A DNA stretch of 64,000 nt from the NCBI GenBank assembly GCA_028534125.1, contig CM052817.1, forward strand, positions 75,270,001-75,334,000, read 5' to 3'. The DNA comes from Lama glama (taxonomy: Eukaryota). Positions 26,424 through 37,486 of the stretch are shown here, in pieces. Within the stretch, counting starts at the first letter, position 1. Each line of letters opens with the position of its first letter. The translations under genes and the position numbers were made by a program. The notes under the pieces are model-generated. The model was not told the origin of the DNA. It saw only the letters and a list, made by a program, of their open reading frames with translations, and searched no databases.

Positions 26424-28964
26424 AAAGTAAATTTTGCCTTACTTAGATTTTTAATGCTGCCTTACTTTCAAATGTCTTAGATGATTTTCATGTTTTATTG
26501 AAACAAGTTTTGTATTAAAGATAAGTTAGAAGTTAAAGCTTAGTTTACCCAGAAGTATGAGAAAACAGAGAAGCTTTTTAGTATGATATATCTAGATCAC
26601 TTTTCTCCTGCTGCAATGTTTCACAGTCTCTTCCTCAGAGAAATCTTGGGTTCCTCTGAGAATAAAGTTCTTATTAGATAATTAAGACAAATTTCAGTTA
26701 GAATAATAACTTTCCTTGAAATAATGTTACAAGAAATATTCTAAATTTGGGTATTACATGACCATTTCCTAATAGAACCCAGAAATCTCGTCTCTGACGT
26801 ATTTTGTAATACAATATACTTATGAAGCTTCTGGCTATATACACATCAGCTAATAAAATCTACAAAATATATCAAAATAGTGAAACAATTTTTTTTAGAA
26901 TTATTATATTATTAAACAAGACAGTAAACTATTTAAAACAAAGAAATATAAAGTATTAAACTGATAATACTTAACCAGTATTAACCTCCATCATTTTAAT
27001 AATACTGTTATAGAATCCAGTCATAAACTTTAATAAAATAATCATATGTATCAGGGGTTAGAATCCAGGTATCCTGAAGTGTCTTAGCACTCAAACTACT
27101 AGCATATTTTACTGATTAATTCAATGATTGCAAATATTTTATCTTTCACTTTTTAAGTCACCTGAACTTATGTACTTTTAAGTTGGTTAAATAATGTTCA
27201 CATGATTTTCCAGTTTGTTTATTAATTGCATAATTAGTGAATAATTTTCAGTATATTCACATTAGGTTTCAGCTGGAGGAAAGAGCTCTGTATTGTCATA
27301 TAATTCACTATATTTAAAATCAGTTATAATTATCATATAGTTACTTCATATGGAAGGTGACTATTCAATTCACAAGTAAAGTAACAGATTGTTAATAAAT
27401 ACAGAAAAGTGTTTTAATAATTTATGTCTCAAAAATTATTGACTCTCTGAACGCGTTTTCCTTTTTAAAATAGAATATGGTATTTCATTCAAAAAATTAT
27501 AAAAATAAAAGATACCATCAAAAATACAATAAATATATTTTCTAAGACAAGCCCTTTCAATTGATTCCTTCCTGGTTAGATAAAAGATATCATTTGTACA
27601 AAATTATGGCCAAATTTATTTATTATGCTTTTAAGTGATATTTTAAATCATTTGAGGTTTATCAGGCAGGCAAAATATCTAAAAGATACATTGTTGAACT
27701 CTAGAGGACACAAAATGTATACATTTCAATGATTTAAAGTACTGTTATATTAATTATCACACAGTCTAAGATATATTTTTCATTTTTTATAACTAAAAAA
27801 AGTATGCAAGGAAGTTATATAATTTGCTTGGGATGATATAGCCAGGTGTAGAGTTCAGCTACATGTTGAGTTTACAGTGAAGGAATAGGGCTTATAGAGT
27901 AGCATAAGTTCAGATACACGTTTCATGGAAAATTCTTTACAAGAAGAAAAATCATCAAAGTATGCTATCAGGAAGACACTTATAAGCAATCAATATTTGA
28001 CATTTAAGAGAAACAGGAACATAAGACACAGTAAGATTATAAAATTTGCATTACTTTATATGCGTTTCAGTCTATATTTTTTTCAAAGAAGAGAATGTAG
28101 GGACAAATTTTCTTCTCAAATACAAAATCAAAGTAGGTAACATTTTCTCATATAAACTCAACTTACAAGTTTCATATATTATCTATGAATGCCATTAATT
28201 TAAATATTGCATTAACTCAGAAAATTGGCAGTAGCTCTTCCAAACCTGTTATAGCTCATTGAGTGGTAAATGGGGCAAGGGCAACTCTTAATTAAATTCA
28301 TATGCGGTAGCTCTTTGCTAAATTAGCAACAAATGAGGAGACTCAAGATTTTCTCTTCATATCTTTAAAAAAATTAACAATTTCTCTAAGTATTGTTTCT
28401 CTTATGAAAGTAATTGTAATAATTAAGCTCTGCCTTAATTCTAGAGAACATTTGATAATGAAATCCACAAAAAAGATATCTACTAGGGATCAAAAAATAC
28501 AATTCCACATAGTAGTTTATGCCTTAAAGGAATTGTTATGTAACCACACCACCAATCTTTGCTCTTTATGGCAATGGTTATGAGGTAATTTTCCCTACAC
28601 AGCTTTATATTAAAATTAATAAAAGAACAGTCAAGTTTTAAAACTATTCAAGTACATTTTCTTTTAATTTACTTTATTTTGCAGAAAAGGACTGCTTTTT
28701 AATATTTTATGTAAGTAATGGCTTGTAAAATAAAGCAATAAAATATCTTGAGACTGAAAAATGAACTGTCCATTTTATTTAGAAGTTTATTATGTTTCTC
28801 TATTTAGTTTCCAAGTATATTTAAATTATTGCCAGACCAGCTACTTTGTGTTCAACTCTATTTTCAATTCAGCCACATATGATGACAATAATCCAGAATA
28901 ATTTTATATTTTTATAGACTATATGATAATTGCTATCTTTATTTCTTCAGAAATTATCAATAAT

Positions 28965-29290
28965 ATAAACTCCATCAGGGAAGACCAGTATTTTATTCCT
29001 TACGCTATACCCAGAGTTTAGAATGAAGCCTCATATCTAATTGTTATTTAGTGTTTTCTGAATAAATGCACAAGGGATACTGCCATTCATTTACTTCTCC
29101 TTTGTGCTAAGTACTCCTCTAGGGATTGGGACACAGCAATCAAAAAAATACAGAGTTTTCCTGTCATGGATTTTATATTTTTTAAGAGCTGGAGAACAAA
29201 TTTTATAGAGACTCTCACATATCACTGAGAGATTAATACTACAGTAAAAATTAAAGCAGTGGAAAGGTATAGACAGTAAAAACACATGAA
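28965..29290. mobile_element. L2 3'-end fragments (two, apparently opposite orientation)
   Basis: catcagggaagaccag...tacccagagtttagaatgaagcct...gttttctgaataaatg, followed by cattcatttac...tgtgctaagtactcctctagggattgggacacagcaat. Confidence 0.55.
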
Positions 29291-29690
29291 TTTCCATAAT
29301 ACATAAAGTAATTTTTATGAAATATTTTAATTAGATTGTACACCCCCAAGAGAAAAAAAGACACAATAATTTGGAATTTCATTAATAATGTTTTATATGT
29401 TCCCTTTGGAGGAACTTTGTAACTGGTTGTGTCATAGAATATACATTAGATATGCCATCAAAGTCAGCTTTATGCAATATAACCTGTGATAGAAAACATC
29501 TATTTCTTATGAATTGTCATAGTAAATAAGCACTGCAATATTATTAATCTAACATTAAAAAATGATTGATTAAAAAGTGTGTCTTTTCATTAAAAACTTT
29601 ACAAAAAATACAATTTTTAAAGCACTGTACTGAGCACTAGTAACACAGATTTAAACAGCATATGCTCTTTTTCCTAAAAGAGTTCACTGT

Positions 29691-29742
29691 CCTTACTAAT
29701 ATAATTCTTGGATGAACCTTACTAATATAATTCTTGGATAAA
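29691..29742. repeat. 26-bp tandem duplication (2 copies, 1 mismatch)
   Basis: ccttactaatataattcttggatgaa / ccttactaatataattcttggataaa. Confidence 0.95.
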
Positions 29743-30283
29743 TAAAGCTCTTTAACATTTTCTCAGAACTGAAAAATCAGTAATAGTTGAGAAGGAAATT
29801 CAAATATCTATGTAGTCAAAACACAATAGCAAACTTCCTTTCTACTAATGACTAAGTTCTTATAGGACTGATTCCTCTGTAAAAAACAGCTATAAAATGT
29901 AGACAGAAGAAGTTACCTGGAGGAACTAGAGAATGAAACCCAGCGGGCAAATTCTTATGAGCATACAAATTGGAGGAACCAAGTCACATGCAGTGAGTCC
30001 TCATTTTCACAACTTTTAGCCAGACACATTCCAGTGTGATACCTGCGGCGTTGGTGGAAAATATACAATTATTCTTGTCTAAGGAGCCAGAAACCTAAAT
30101 TTAGGAAGACTGCTGGGTAAGTAGATAGGGAATGTCAGGTAGAAAAAAGCCATAGAGGAGATCGTCAAATTCGCTCTACCCACATTCTGGCCAGTGTGAA
30201 GGAAGCATATGCTACATAGAGTCAAAGCCGCTCAATTCAAAATATCTGATGAGACTGAAATATTTGGTCCTGAAATAGACTTT

Positions 30284-31904
30284 GGAGAGTGATGTCAGCG
30301 AGATGGAGGAATAGGAAGCCCTACGTCTCATTCTTCCACCGAAACAATGAACTAACAATGGCACTGGTACCAAGATACCTTGAAGAGAAATTCAGCATAC
30401 AGTGAAGAAGTAGAAGCACTCTGGAGGAGCACAAACTGAAAGCTGTCACATTTCAGTGGGTAAGAAGAGCTATTTCACTTTACCCTTGACAGTCTTTTCT
30501 TCAGATCTTCTTTGCACCAAGATAGAAGATAGCCTTTGATTTCTTCCATGGGGAAAGTGAGACTTTGTAGCGTGCTCCTGGTCTCTCAGGGCATCCTGCA
30601 TGAGGCCAGCTCCCATCTCACCTCACAAGGAGTGCTACAACTTGCAGAGCCTGCTACTCTGCCAGAGGTAAGAACAAAGGAAAGGGGAAATCATGTCCTT
30701 ACAGAGAAGTACAGCTCTGTGAGACTGGGAATCGGTCCAGAACCGAGGTTCTTTTTCTTCCATTAGGGCGAAAAGGAAGTGAAGAGGACCTCATTCCCAG
30801 CATTTTAGAAATTTCTATCTTGCTGCATACCAAACACTGAACAACTTAGAGAACACAGTGCCCTGGAACAGTTAGCAATAAAGAAAAGGTGCAGGCATCC
30901 TCCTGCATCCTACACTGCTTTGCATGGCTGTGAAAGAAGCAGAGAGCTGAGACTTTTCCTTCAAAAGGAAAACCAAAAAAAAAAAAAAAAATTGAGATAG
31001 GTATAAGAAAATGTCCTTAATATCATTAATCATAGGGAAATGCAAATTAAAATCACAATGAAATATCACCTCAACTTCTTAGAATGGCTGCCATCAAAAT
31101 GACAAAAGATAACAACTGTTGGCAAGGATGTGAAGAAAAGAGAACCCTGGTGCACAGCTGGTGGGATTGTAAATTGATACAATCCTTAGGGAAATTCCTC
31201 AAAAAATAACAATATTATCTACCAACCTACTTCTGAGTATATATCTAAAGGAAATAAAATCAGTGTACCAAAGAGATATCTGCACTCCATGTTCATTACA
31301 GCATTCTTTACAACAGTCAAGATACGGAAACAACCTGAGTGTTGACACATGAATGGATGAAGAAATTGTGAGGTATATATATATATATGGATATTATTCA
31401 GCTCTAAAAAAGAGGGGAACTTTGCCATTTGTGACAACATGGATTAACCTAGAGAACTTTAATGCTAAGTTAAATAAGCCAGATGAAAAAAGACAAATAC
31501 TGTGTGATCTCACTTTTATGTACAATCTAAAAAAGTCAAACACTCAGAAGCACAAACTAGAATAGTGGGTACCAGGAGCTGGGAGCAGGAGAAATGGGGA
31601 GATGTTGGTTACAAGGTAGAAGGTTTCAGTTATACAGGATGAGTAAGTTCTGGAGATCTAATGTACAGCACGGTGACTATATTTAGTATCATTGTATTGT
31701 ATACTAGAAATTAGCTAATAAGGTATATTTTAATTGTTCTCATCAATAAAAGGTGAGGTGTTATATATATTTATTAGCTTGATTAGCTTGATCATGTTAA
31801 TCATTTCACAATGTATATGGATACCAAAACATCATCTTTACACCTTAAATATATTTAATTTTTATTTGTCCATTATACCTCAATATAGCTGGGGGAAAAA
31901 TAAA
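30284..31904 (+). mobile_element. L1MA-type element composed of 5'UTR (30284 to about 30970) plus ORF2 end and 3'UTR (about 30995-31904), with 11-bp TSD
   Basis: Starts gagagtgatgtcagcgagatggaggaataggaagccc. Contains ORF2-end gggaaatgcaaattaaaatcacaatgaaatatcacc. 3'UTR ends tatacctcaatatagctgggggaaaaa. TSD aaatagacttt (30273-30283) vs aaatagagttt (31905-31915). Confidence 0.85.
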
Positions 31905-32772
31905 AAATAGAGTTTACAGTCAAGTCCAACCAAGATAATTACCTACTAAAGCAAAAGCAACAACACTTATTAGAGAAAAACAATATACTCCAGATTTTTC
32001 ATCACTTACAATATGATACAATCCAAAATTAACTGAAAGGTAAAAATAAAAAAAAATGGAATTCATTCTTCACAGAAAATAAAATTCACTGATTCCAATC
32101 CTGAAATTACCCAGTAACTGCAACTTGAGATAAGAAAGTTAATGTGGTTTCTTCAAAATACTTTCAATGATATAAAACAAAATATGCTTGCAGGATTAAA
32201 AAATAGTAAATCTCAGCAGAGAAACTGAATTATAAAAAAGAAGTGATTATGGAACTGAGAATCCATTATCTTACATAAGCAAATTGATGAAAAGACTGAA
32301 GAGTCAAATGAAGATAACATAGGAAAGAGTAAGTATAGTTAAAGATAGAGCACATAGACTGTGAACAAAGAAGAGAAAAACACTAAAAAGTAAATTCAAA
32401 AGTGATTGTGAGGACTGTTAGATAATATGAAAGTGATTAACATAGTAAAAATTAGAATCCCAGTGTGAAGGGAAAGAAAAAATGTGAATGAAAAATATTT
32501 GAAGAAATAATGATCGAAAATTCCTAAAATTGATGGAAGATATAAAATTGATGGAAGTTATAAATTTGGACATTCAAGTTGCAAATTAAAAAACCACAAG
32601 GAGTTTTTACTACAATCTCAGTGAAATGACTAAAAGTATAAAGAGGCCAAGAATATGGAGTGTTGGCAAAAATAATGACCAAATGGAACTTATACATTGC
32701 TGGTGGAATATAAAATTATATAATCCTTTCAGAAATTCATAAGCAGTGTTTTATAAAATTAAATCTACACTT

Positions 32773-33705
32773 CACAGAGAAAAAAATGTGACAATGAGTG
32801 TGTATATGTCCATGAATACTGAAAAATTGTGCTGAACACTGAAATTTGACACAACATTGTAAAATGATTATAAAACAATAAAAAATGTTAAAAAAAAAAG
32901 TACATGGATAATATTGGCCTCAATCCATGTGATTTAAGTTGCAAACTAGATTTTTGATTTTAACAAATATCCAAGATCTTGGAAGTATCCAGTGGAAGTA
33001 TAATTCTTTGAATCAAAAAATATTTATTTGGTGCCTACTATACATAAAATACTATGCAAGGTAATTGAATATACAGGAGTCTCCTCAAATTACTTATTAT
33101 CTAATTTGGAGACCACAATCTGAATGGGATATGTCAAACCAAAAATAACAATGACCCAAGTCCATCGACAGATGACTGGCTAAAGAAGTTGTGGTATATT
33201 TACATAATGGAATACTACTCAGCCATAAAAAGAATAAAATAATTTGATTTGCAGCAATATGGATGGACCTGAAGAATGTCATTCTAAGTGCAGTAAGCCA
33301 AAAAGAGAAAGAAAAATACCATATGAGATGACTTATATGTGTAATCTAGAAAAAAAAAAGACAAACAAACTTATTTATAAAACAGAAAGAGACTCACAGA
33401 CATAGAAAACAAACTTATGGTTACCAGGGGGAAAAGGGGGTGGGAAGGGATAAATTGGGAGTTTGAGATTTGCAGACACTAACTACTATATACAAAACAG
33501 ATAAATGACAAGTTTATGCTGTATAACACAGGGAACTATATTCAATATCTTGTAGTAACTTATGGTTAAAAAGAATATGAAAATGAATATATGTCTGCTC
33601 CTGTATGACTGAAGTATTGTGCTGTACACCAGAAATTGACACAATGTTGTAAAATGACTATAATTCAATAAAAACACATTAAAAATTTTTTTTAATTAAA
33701 AAAAA
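32773..33705 (+). mobile_element. Composite L1 insertion: young L1 3' tail + about 250 bp non-L1 DNA (with L2 relic) + second L1 3' portion, within one 12-bp TSD (3' transduction)
   Basis: TSD aaatctacactt at 32761-32772 and 33706-33717. First tail 32773-32899 is near-identical to 26280-26400. Second L1 spans about 33154-33690 with AATAAA and terminal poly(A). Confidence 0.9.
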
Positions 33706-36206
33706 AAATCTACACTTACGATATGACCCAGCAATCTCATTCTTCAGAATTCACCCAAGAGAAATAAAAATATGCTTTCAAAGAAAGATCTGTAAACAAT
33801 AAATAGTTTATTGCAGTACTACTTTTAATAGTTAGAACTATTAATAGAAGTAAAATGTCAATCACTGGTAAATTAAAAGACAGTGTTATACCTATACTGT
33901 GTTCTTGTGCTTAGCAATTTATAGAGTAGTATACTGATGAACAAAACATGGATAATTATAAAAAATACTGGTAAGTGAATCACCAAAAGTATATACTGTA
34001 TGATTTGATGCATAGGAATTCTAGAAAAGGAGAATTAGTAATAGAAGCAGAGCAGTGGTTGCCAGAGCAGAAAGTTGAGGGTGGAGCTCAACATGAAAAA
34101 CACAGGATAGAATGTAAGTTGGTGGAAATGTTCTGTATTTTGATTGTGATGGTAGTTACAGTACTGTAAAAATGTCAACATTCATCAAACTGTATATTTA
34201 AAATAGACAAAATATATTTTTATTGTATACAAATTACACATCAATAAAACTGAGGGAAATACAACCAGCTGCTTCATCAGAATGTAAGCCCAAAGAAGGC
34301 AAGAAATATACTGATGGCTGAACAATTAAAAGCAGCCACGAGCTACATTCTTACCTGTCAATATAAAACATATATATACTTAATTTACTATTTGTGCATG
34401 TATTTTTTACGACTTTTGAAATCTAAATATATTTGAGATCAAGTAAGCTTTTATTTCCCACAAAGAAAATATGTGAAATTAATTATGTAATTTGATAATA
34501 CATTCTTGTAGTTTATCATTTTGATTTTTTGCTTTGTGATTCTTCTAAGATTCATGATTTACTGATTTGTAAATGTTGGGTGAAAAAACATGTTCACTGA
34601 AAATATGGTGGACACAGACTGCTGTACCAAAACAGCAAAAATCAAAAGCACTTTTTTTTTTTTTTTACTGTGTTTTCTTTTTCCTCCTTGCTATATTCAG
34701 GACATATTCTTTCCCCAACCACAGTAAATCAAAAACCAATGATTCAAAGAAAACACAAATCTAAGAGTAACAAAAATTCTGATTTGTAGAAGCAGTAGTT
34801 CACCTTTAAGTCCCTGAAAAGAGAGAAAAAAGAGAGAAGCAATGTGCTGGAATATACTGGTGGAAGTCAAGTACTTAGTATAACAAAGAAGGCCACCACT
34901 GAGAGCCTTAGAGACAGGGGGAGGGACGGCGAGGATAAAGTACCACTGAGTATGTTTTTAGTTGCAAGCTGCCTACACTGTAACAGTGGAAGACATTTCT
35001 AAGCACATGCCCCTGCGCTGTTTCAAACCAATGGAAGACAGGGACTTTGCACACCCTGTGTGTAGTGGTGGACTGAAGGGAAAACTTTATCCGCTGACCA
35101 GGAAATAAATCAACAGAACCACAGAAGGAATTTCTCATGAACATTGGCAGGGCATACCCTCTGCAACTCTTATTCTTCTTAGAGGGAAAAAAAAAAAAAA
35201 GCTGCTCCAGTCTAATCATATCCACTTAATGTAGTTCCCCAGAAAGAATGAGATTCATGCCCAAAGAGGCAAGATGAAATAGTCGGTTTGACATCCAGAT
35301 GCCTCATTACAATGAATCAATGCTAGTCATCATGTGACTTTATCAGGAGAAAAAAAATTCTCTTTCCCATTATATCCAAATGCTACTCAGAAATTTCTTG
35401 GCTGTCTAAAATTATTTTTGAACATTTCAGTTTCTCCAGCAATAATTTGGCAGGGTTAGCAACCTCTACTAAGTAAGTCACTACTGGAAAAGAACAATTC
35501 ATCTTTGCTGGCTTGTGCATCATTTTTGTTTGTTTGCCACTGATGTTTCTCTGTTTTCCACATCTTTGCCTTGGTGAGTTCAGCTGTGTGCTGGTGCATC
35601 CTGATAGTATTTCTTTTGCCTTCATTTAAAATGGAAAACACCAGCTGTTCAGATGTCGGGCTTTACATCTGTCTCCTCATCCTGGTCTGCTTTCTAAATT
35701 CACAGTTCCATCAAGGTCATTACTATTCTTTCCAATTACTATGGGTCACAATTTTAGCATTACTTTGACTTCTATTACTGTTTCATATCCAATTAGATTG
35801 CTTATCAATTTTCCTTTGTTAATGACCCTCAGATTCATCTCTTCTATTTGGCCTGTCACAACAAGATTTTCCAATCCCTCTTTCCTTTGCATTTATCAGA
35901 ATATGTAACTTCTATGTTGTTTCCAGATTAACACTCTTCAAACATTGCTTTCAGCACTTATTCCCTTGGTCAAAACCTTCTGCTTCTCTGAACTGTCTAG
36001 CATATTGGATCCAAATGCCTCAGGTTGGCACCTAACACTTTCCATAACCTGAGCTTCTCTCATGGTCCTTCTCCCATAGCTCTCACTTCTCAGGCATGCT
36101 TGTATTTCTAAATGTATGGTGCTGTCTTGGCTGAGAAGTCTTATCTAAGAGAGATGTGTCTTTTCACCATATTTAAGACACACATTTTTGATTTCACAGT
36201 GATATA

Positions 36207-36748
36207 CTGTTGATTCTCCTCATCTGCGCGAGTTGTGTTCTATAAAGTTGCTGTGAACACTGAATTACTGAATACTGAAGTACTCCCTGGGGAAATTATA
36301 TACCTATATATCTATTTATGAACATGCATATCTCACTAAGATTATAATTTTAAATCCTAAAACAACTCATCCTGGTGGATTCTGTTTTTTTGTTTTGTTT
36401 TTTTTAACAAAAGAGAAAAAACGAGGTTTAGATGTGTTAGTGACTTCCCTAAGGCCAGCCCATTAACAAGTGCCAGAGCTGGGATTATAAACTCTACCCA
36501 ACTGGCCCCAGAGCCAGAGTTTCTTGCACTGCATTGGCTCCTCCAGTTTCCACCCTCTGGCCATTTTTGTATGAGAGTTGAAATAAGAGGGCAAAGTGTT
36601 GCCTTGTTTGATCTCACAGCTGGGAACACAAGCCTAGGGTGACAAATTTTGTGTTACTCTGCACATATCTGCAAATGTATGTGAAAGCACTATAACTTAA
36701 TTTTTTTATTACGAATTAATTGTGTATAGTAGGAATGAGGATCAACTG
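36207..36748. mobile_element. TcMar-Tigger non-autonomous element (MER82-like termini) with MIR-like internal segment
   Basis: Terminal inverted repeats ctgttgattctc / gaggatcaactg, TA on both sides (36205-36206, 36749-36750), and ttctataaagttgctgtgaacactgaatta. MIR-like core gaggtttagatgtgttagtgacttccctaaggcc...agagctgggatt at about 36410-36520. Confidence 0.8.
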
Positions 36749-36843
36749 TATATGCCTCTTCTGTGAGCTCCTCATTTAATATCTGCAGCAGCAGATATTA
36801 CCTCATCACATGATGTGGCAATTAATTTGAGAACCGTGTAAGA

Positions 36844-36871
36844 GTGTGTGTGTGTGTGTGTGTGTGCGCGC
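36844..36871. repeat. (GT)n microsatellite ending in (GC)n
   Basis: gtgtgtgtgtgtgtgtgtgtgtgcgcgc read directly. Confidence 0.95.
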
Positions 36872-37486
36872 CAGTGTCTGTGTGTGTTTCAAAGCAGTGA
36901 TTCATTCAAGCAGTGATGAGAACACAATAGACATACTTATTAAACAGTCACTATGTAGCAAGCTTTAGATTGCTATTAAAGCCTTTTCAAAATGATCATT
37001 GACCTGACTTCAATATGAAATGTAACTATTTATCTTGTAGTCACAGAATTTAATATTTAGGATGGCTCTTATGGGTGTTTTTATTTAAAATTTTGCAGGT
37101 GACCTTTATGACATTTAGTTAGTAATGATAATGACCTTTAATGTTCGTTGTATACCTATTATATGATAAGTATTACCCTCAGTACTTCATATACATTAGA
37201 TTTTTGAACTCACATCAATATGACCTAAGTTTATTCTTTTTTCCTACATGTCAAACAACTTTGAAATGGCTTTTCCTGCATGTTCTCCTGATTGTAGAAA
37301 ACATTCTAAGCTCATGTCTCTGTATATGGATATCTCCATACCCTCCACCTAGAATCTATATAAAACTTAAGGATACACTGTTAACAAATGTCATTTAACG
37401 TTAAGAAGGTATTCTGAATATTTTAAGGTTAATTTTTAATGTACTGGCTGAACAAAACAAAATCAAAAGCCTCATAAGGGGTACAC

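Larger units (their letters stand above)
29830..34255 (+). mobile_element. Old L1ME-type host element (5' region, ORF1 remnant, then ORF2 end and 3'UTR), split by two younger insertions
   Basis: Host sequence is contiguous across both TSD pairs (…gaaatagacttt|acagtcaagtccaaccaagataattacctactaaaa… and …aaatctacactt|acgatatgacccagcaatctc…). ORF1-like at 32100-32575, ORF2 end from about 32580, 3'UTR ending caataaaactg near 34250. Confidence 0.8.

Noticed and set aside
28685..28710. 26-nt segment between ttttgcag and gtaagt
   Set aside because: Intron-like composition, weak donor context and no supporting exons.
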